From: Flavobacteriales bacterium
GTDB taxonomy: Bacteria; Bacteroidota; Bacteroidia; Flavobacteriales; TMED113
Reading direction: 5' to 3'
NCBI GenBank assembly: GCA_002698365.1
Contig: NZWM01000055.1
Span: 1-41,750, forward strand
Length of the DNA: 41,750 nt
The notes beneath the pieces are model-generated. The model was not told where the DNA came from and did not search any database. It saw only the letters and a list, made by a program, of their open reading frames with translations. A program made the position numbers and the translations under genes. Shown piece after piece: positions 39,280 through 41,750 of the stretch (the first letter of the stretch is position 1; the number at the start of each line of letters is the position of its first letter).

Positions 39280-39729
39280 TTAAGCAGGTAAAACTTCAAA
39301 AGACAAAGTGGCCTCTAAGCCTCTATGCAATCTAATATTTGCAGAAAAAGAACCTGTATTTTTAATTATATTTGATCCATTAATAATAATATACTTTTTA
39401 TCTACATCTATATCATTTTTGCTTAATTCAGATTGAATTGACGCAGCATTAACAGATCCAAATAATTTATTATCATCTCCAACCTTAACACTAATACTTA
39501 ATGATAAGGATTCAATTTTAGATTTAATAGATTCTAAATCTTTAATAATTTGCTGATCTTTTTGCTCTTTTTGTTTTAAATTCTCTGCAAGAATTTTCTT
39601 CTCTGATGATGTTGCAAACACTGCTAATTTATTCGGTATAAGATAATTTCTACCATAGCCCGGTTTAACCTTAACAATATCATCAATAAAACCTAAGTTT
39701 TCAACATCTTTTTTAAGAATCACTTCCAT
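39280..39729 (-). CDS. rplI: 50S ribosomal protein L9
   Basis: MEVILKKDVENLGFIDDIVKVKPGYGRNYLIP is the canonical L9 N-terminus. Confidence 0.95.
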   Translation of the reverse strand: MEVILKKDVENLGFIDDIVKVKPGYGRNYLIPNKLAVFATSSEKKILAENLKQKEQKDQQIIKDLESIKSKIESLSLSISVKVGDDNKLFGSVNAASIQSELSKNDIDVDKKYIIINGSNIIKNTGSFSANIRLHRGLEATLSFEVLPA

Positions 39730-39736
39730 ACTAATA

Positions 39737-40021
39737 CTATTTTAATAAATCTGAAACATATGGCAACAAAGCAATTTGTCGAGCACGTTTCACAGCCTGT
39801 GCTACTTTTCTTTGAAACTTTAAAGAATTTCCAGTGATTCGCCTAGGCAACAATTTGCCTTGCTCATTTAAAAATCTCATCAAAAAATTAGCATCTTTAT
39901 AATCAACATATTTAATGCCCATTTTTTTAAATCGACAGTATTTTTTTTGCGTCGTCACCTCTACTTTTGGAGGTGATAAAAATCGCAATTCCGAGCCTTG
40001 TTTTTTATCTATTTCAATCAT
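39737..40021 (-). CDS. rpsR: 30S ribosomal protein S18
   Basis: [16 protein letters not shown]...LLPRRITG...[19 protein letters not shown]. Confidence 0.95.
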   Translation of the reverse strand: MIEIDKKQGSELRFLSPPKVEVTTQKKYCRFKKMGIKYVDYKDANFLMRFLNEQGKLLPRRITGNSLKFQRKVAQAVKRARQIALLPYVSDLLK

Positions 40022-40025
40022 TTAA

Positions 40026-40361
40026 TTATTTTGAAGTTATTTTTTTTCTTCGTTTTTCTGCAAATTCAAGCGCATGTTTATCTAATTTAACTGTTAAAAA
40101 TCTCATAATTCTCTCATCCCGCTTAAGTTCAACTTCTAAATCAGAGACAACACTAGAATTCGCCTTATATTCAAATAAAACATAGAATCCAGTTTTTTTA
40201 TTCTGAATCGAATACTTCATCTTTTTCAGCCCCCACAATTCCTCAGAAACACATTCCGCTTTAAAAGAAGTTAATAATTCCTTAAACTTATTCATAGATT
40301 CCATAACCTGATCGTCAGATAAAACCGGGTTTAAAATCAATACTGTTTCATAATTATTCAT
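40026..40361 (-). CDS. rpsF: 30S ribosomal protein S6
   Basis: MNNYETVLILNPVLSDDQV is the canonical S6 N-terminus. The TTG at 40412 used by the ORF track lies inside the promoter -7 box. Confidence 0.95.
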   Translation of the reverse strand: MNNYETVLILNPVLSDDQVMESMNKFKELLTSFKAECVSEELWGLKKMKYSIQNKKTGFYVLFEYKANSSVVSDLEVELKRDERIMRFLTVKLDKHALEFAEKRRKKITSK

Positions 40362-40409
40362 AATACAATTAACTTGTTTTTTATTATTCCATTTACAAAA
40401 AACGGATTG

Positions 40410-40440
40410 CAAATTTAATGATTACTATGAAATAAACAAA
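40410..40440 (-). promoter_or_regulatory. Candidate Bacteroidota sigma-A promoter for rpsF-rpsR-rplI
   Basis: The minus strand reads TTTG (40440-40437), a 19-nt spacer, then TAAATTTG (40417-40410). This is an exact fit to the Bacteroidetes -33 TTTG / -7 TAnnTTTG consensus. It lies ~45 nt upstream of the rpsF ATG. Confidence 0.5.
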
Positions 40441-40533
40441 GTTAATTTACAAATGATGATAATATATATTTTTTCGTTAATTTGTATTTGAAATTAAAAA
40501 TGATGTATTTTTTTATCACACAACCAATATAAT

Positions 40534-41750
40534 ATGGATAACTATCTGGTTTCTGCTCGTAAATATAGACCCTCTAAATTTGAAGAAGTAGTAGGACAAA
40601 AACACATTACAAAAACATTAAATAATGCAATTTTAAACAATCAAATTGCACACGCTTACCTTTTTTGTGGACCTAGAGGAGTAGGAAAAACAACATGTGC
40701 AAGAATTTTTGCAAATGCAGTTAATAAAGGAACAAAGACAGAATACAACATCTTTGAACTAGATGCAGCATCTAATAATGGAGTCGATCATATAAGGCAA
40801 CTGATAGAACAAGTGAAAATACCTCCACAAATTGGAAAATATAAAATTTACATCATAGATGAAGTCCATATGCTTTCTGATGCAGCATTCAACGCCTTTC
40901 TAAAAACTTTAGAAGAACCTCCTAAGCACAGTATATTTATATTGGCAACCACTGAAAAAAATAAACTAATACCAACCATACTTTCAAGATGTCAAATATT
41001 TGATTTTCAAAAAATTACCATTAATGACATAAGCAGTCATTTAGCAGATATTGCAAAAAAAGAAAATATCCAAGTAAGCTTAAACACATTACAATTCATT
41101 GCAGATAAAGCAGATGGATCACTAAGAGACTCCCTGTCTACTTTTGATAAAGTGCATGCATACTGCAATAAAGAATGGCATCACGAAGAAGTGCTACAAA
41201 TACTCTCATCATTAGACATTTCCTTCTCTTTAAAACTAACGACTGAGATTATAAATAAAAATATATCCAATTGCTTATTAACTATTGACAATGTCCTACA
41301 AAAGGGGTTTAATGAACAAGAAATCATCAATGTGCTAATCAGCCATTTTAGGAATTTAATCATCGCAAAAGATTCAACTACCCTCAAATTAATCAAAGAA
41401 GATGAAAAAACCCTTAATGCAATTATATCACAATCAGAAAATTTTTCAAAAGAGCAAATTGTCCTGGCATTAAACTGCCTAAATGATTGTGAGAAGGATT
41501 ATAAAAATTCTATTAATAAACGATTTGTAGTGGAACTATGTATAATGCAATTATGCGGGCTTTCTGAGATGTTATTTAAAAAAAAAAATTTAATTCCAGA
41601 ACCAACTAACATAATAAATAGGGTTTTTCATGAAGAAGCCGAGGAGAAAAAAGAAATAAACACTCAAGAAGCTGAAAAAAAAGAAATAAACACTCAAGAA
41701 GCTGAAAAAAAAGAAATAAATACTCAAGAAGCTGAAAAAAAAGAAATAAA
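40534..41750 (+). CDS. dnaX: DNA polymerase III subunit gamma/tau (5' part; runs off the right edge)
   Basis: Absent from the ORF track because there is no stop in the window. My translation reads MDNYLVSARKYRPSKFEEVVGQKHI...FCGPRGVGKTTCARIF...ELDAASNNGVD...YIIDEVHMLS...LKTLEEPPKH..ILATTE...ILSRCQIFDF...GSLRDSLS. I saw no in-frame stop through 41750. Confidence 0.95.
   Translation, partial: MDNYLVSARKYRPSKFEEVVGQKHITKTLNNAILNNQIAHAYLFCGPRGVGKTTCARIFANAVNKGTKTEYNIFELDAASNNGVDHIRQLIEQVKIPPQIGKYKIYIIDEVHMLSDAAFNAFLKTLEEPPKHSIFILATTEKNKLIPTILSRCQIFDFQKITINDISSHLADIAKKENIQVSLNTLQFIADKADGSLRDSLSTFDKVHAYCNKEWHHEEVLQILSSLDISFSLKLTTEIINKNISNCLLTIDNVLQKGFNEQEIINVLISHFRNLIIAKDSTTLKLIKEDEKTLNAIISQSENFSKEQIVLALNCLNDCEKDYKNSINKRFVVELCIMQLCGLSEMLFKKKNLIPEPTNIINRVFHEEAEEKKEINTQEAEKKEINTQEAEKKEINTQEAEKKEI
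41578..41588 (+). other. A11 homopolymer in dnaX (candidate slippery tract)
   Basis: Eleven consecutive A residues read AAA AAA AAA AAT in frame. This is the longest homopolymer I noticed in the window. Confidence 0.9.
41638..41750 (+). repeat. 30-bp in-frame tandem repeat (at least 3.7 copies, truncated by the window edge) in the dnaX linker
   Basis: GCTGAAAAAAAAGAAATAAACACTCAAGAA occurs at 41671-41700. It recurs at 41701-41730 with one synonymous C-to-T change, and the first 20 nt recur at 41731-41750. A degenerate copy lies upstream (41641-41670, 27/30 identical). The repeat encodes (AEKKEINTQE)n. Confidence 0.95.

Noticed and set aside
40700-40780. DnaX lacks the four-cysteine zinc module found between the P-loop helix and ELDAAS in E. 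coli gamma/tau. Here the region reads only ...ANAVNKGTKTEYNIFELDAAS.
   Set aside because: From memory, flavobacterial DnaX proteins generally lack this module, so it is probably a clade trait rather than a peculiarity of this locus. It is worth a quick alignment check but is not reported as a finding.

Overview
This is a 41.75-kb stretch of a very AT-rich (about 30% G+C by eye, not computed), tightly packed bacterial chromosome. Gene content and synteny point to Bacteroidota, most likely a streamlined member of the Flavobacteriia. The supporting markers are a parB tail-DUF5683-dapB-lepB-WbqC block, DUF4293 next to a rho gene with an N-terminal insertion, pyrG-yidC, a CarboxypepD_reg-type TonB-dependent receptor, TAnnTTTG promoter boxes and no Shine-Dalgarno sequences.

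I support 40 complete protein genes plus partial genes at both edges. The parB tail at the left edge and dnaX at the right edge are missing from the ORF track because they run off the window. Nearly all genes are housekeeping:
- thrS-infC-rpmI-rplT, rpsF-rpsR-rplI
- recA, uvrA, nth, holA, dnaX, rho, truA
- pyrG, yidC, purB, acnB, dapB, lepB, mpl

Several ORF-track starts are upstream TTG extensions, and I moved them to the conserved ATG. These are thrS, rplT, pyrG, the TonB receptor, holA, purB, lhgO and rpsF. infC starts at a non-AUG codon upstream of the ORF-track start.

I found no rRNA, tRNA, CRISPR array, IS element, integrase, prophage or defence island. No intergenic gap is long enough to hide a structured RNA gene. 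I do not see a convincing new multi-gene system, so this looks like an ordinary core region. The modest points worth a second look are:
- an A11 tract in dnaX at the position where gamma/tau products diverge in other bacteria
- a near-perfect 30-bp in-frame tandem repeat in the dnaX linker
- an out-of-frame 8-bp x4 repeat inside uvrA
- an Nth protein without the fourth Fe-S cysteine
- all seven convergent gene junctions having 11 nt or less between stop codons, four of them overlapping
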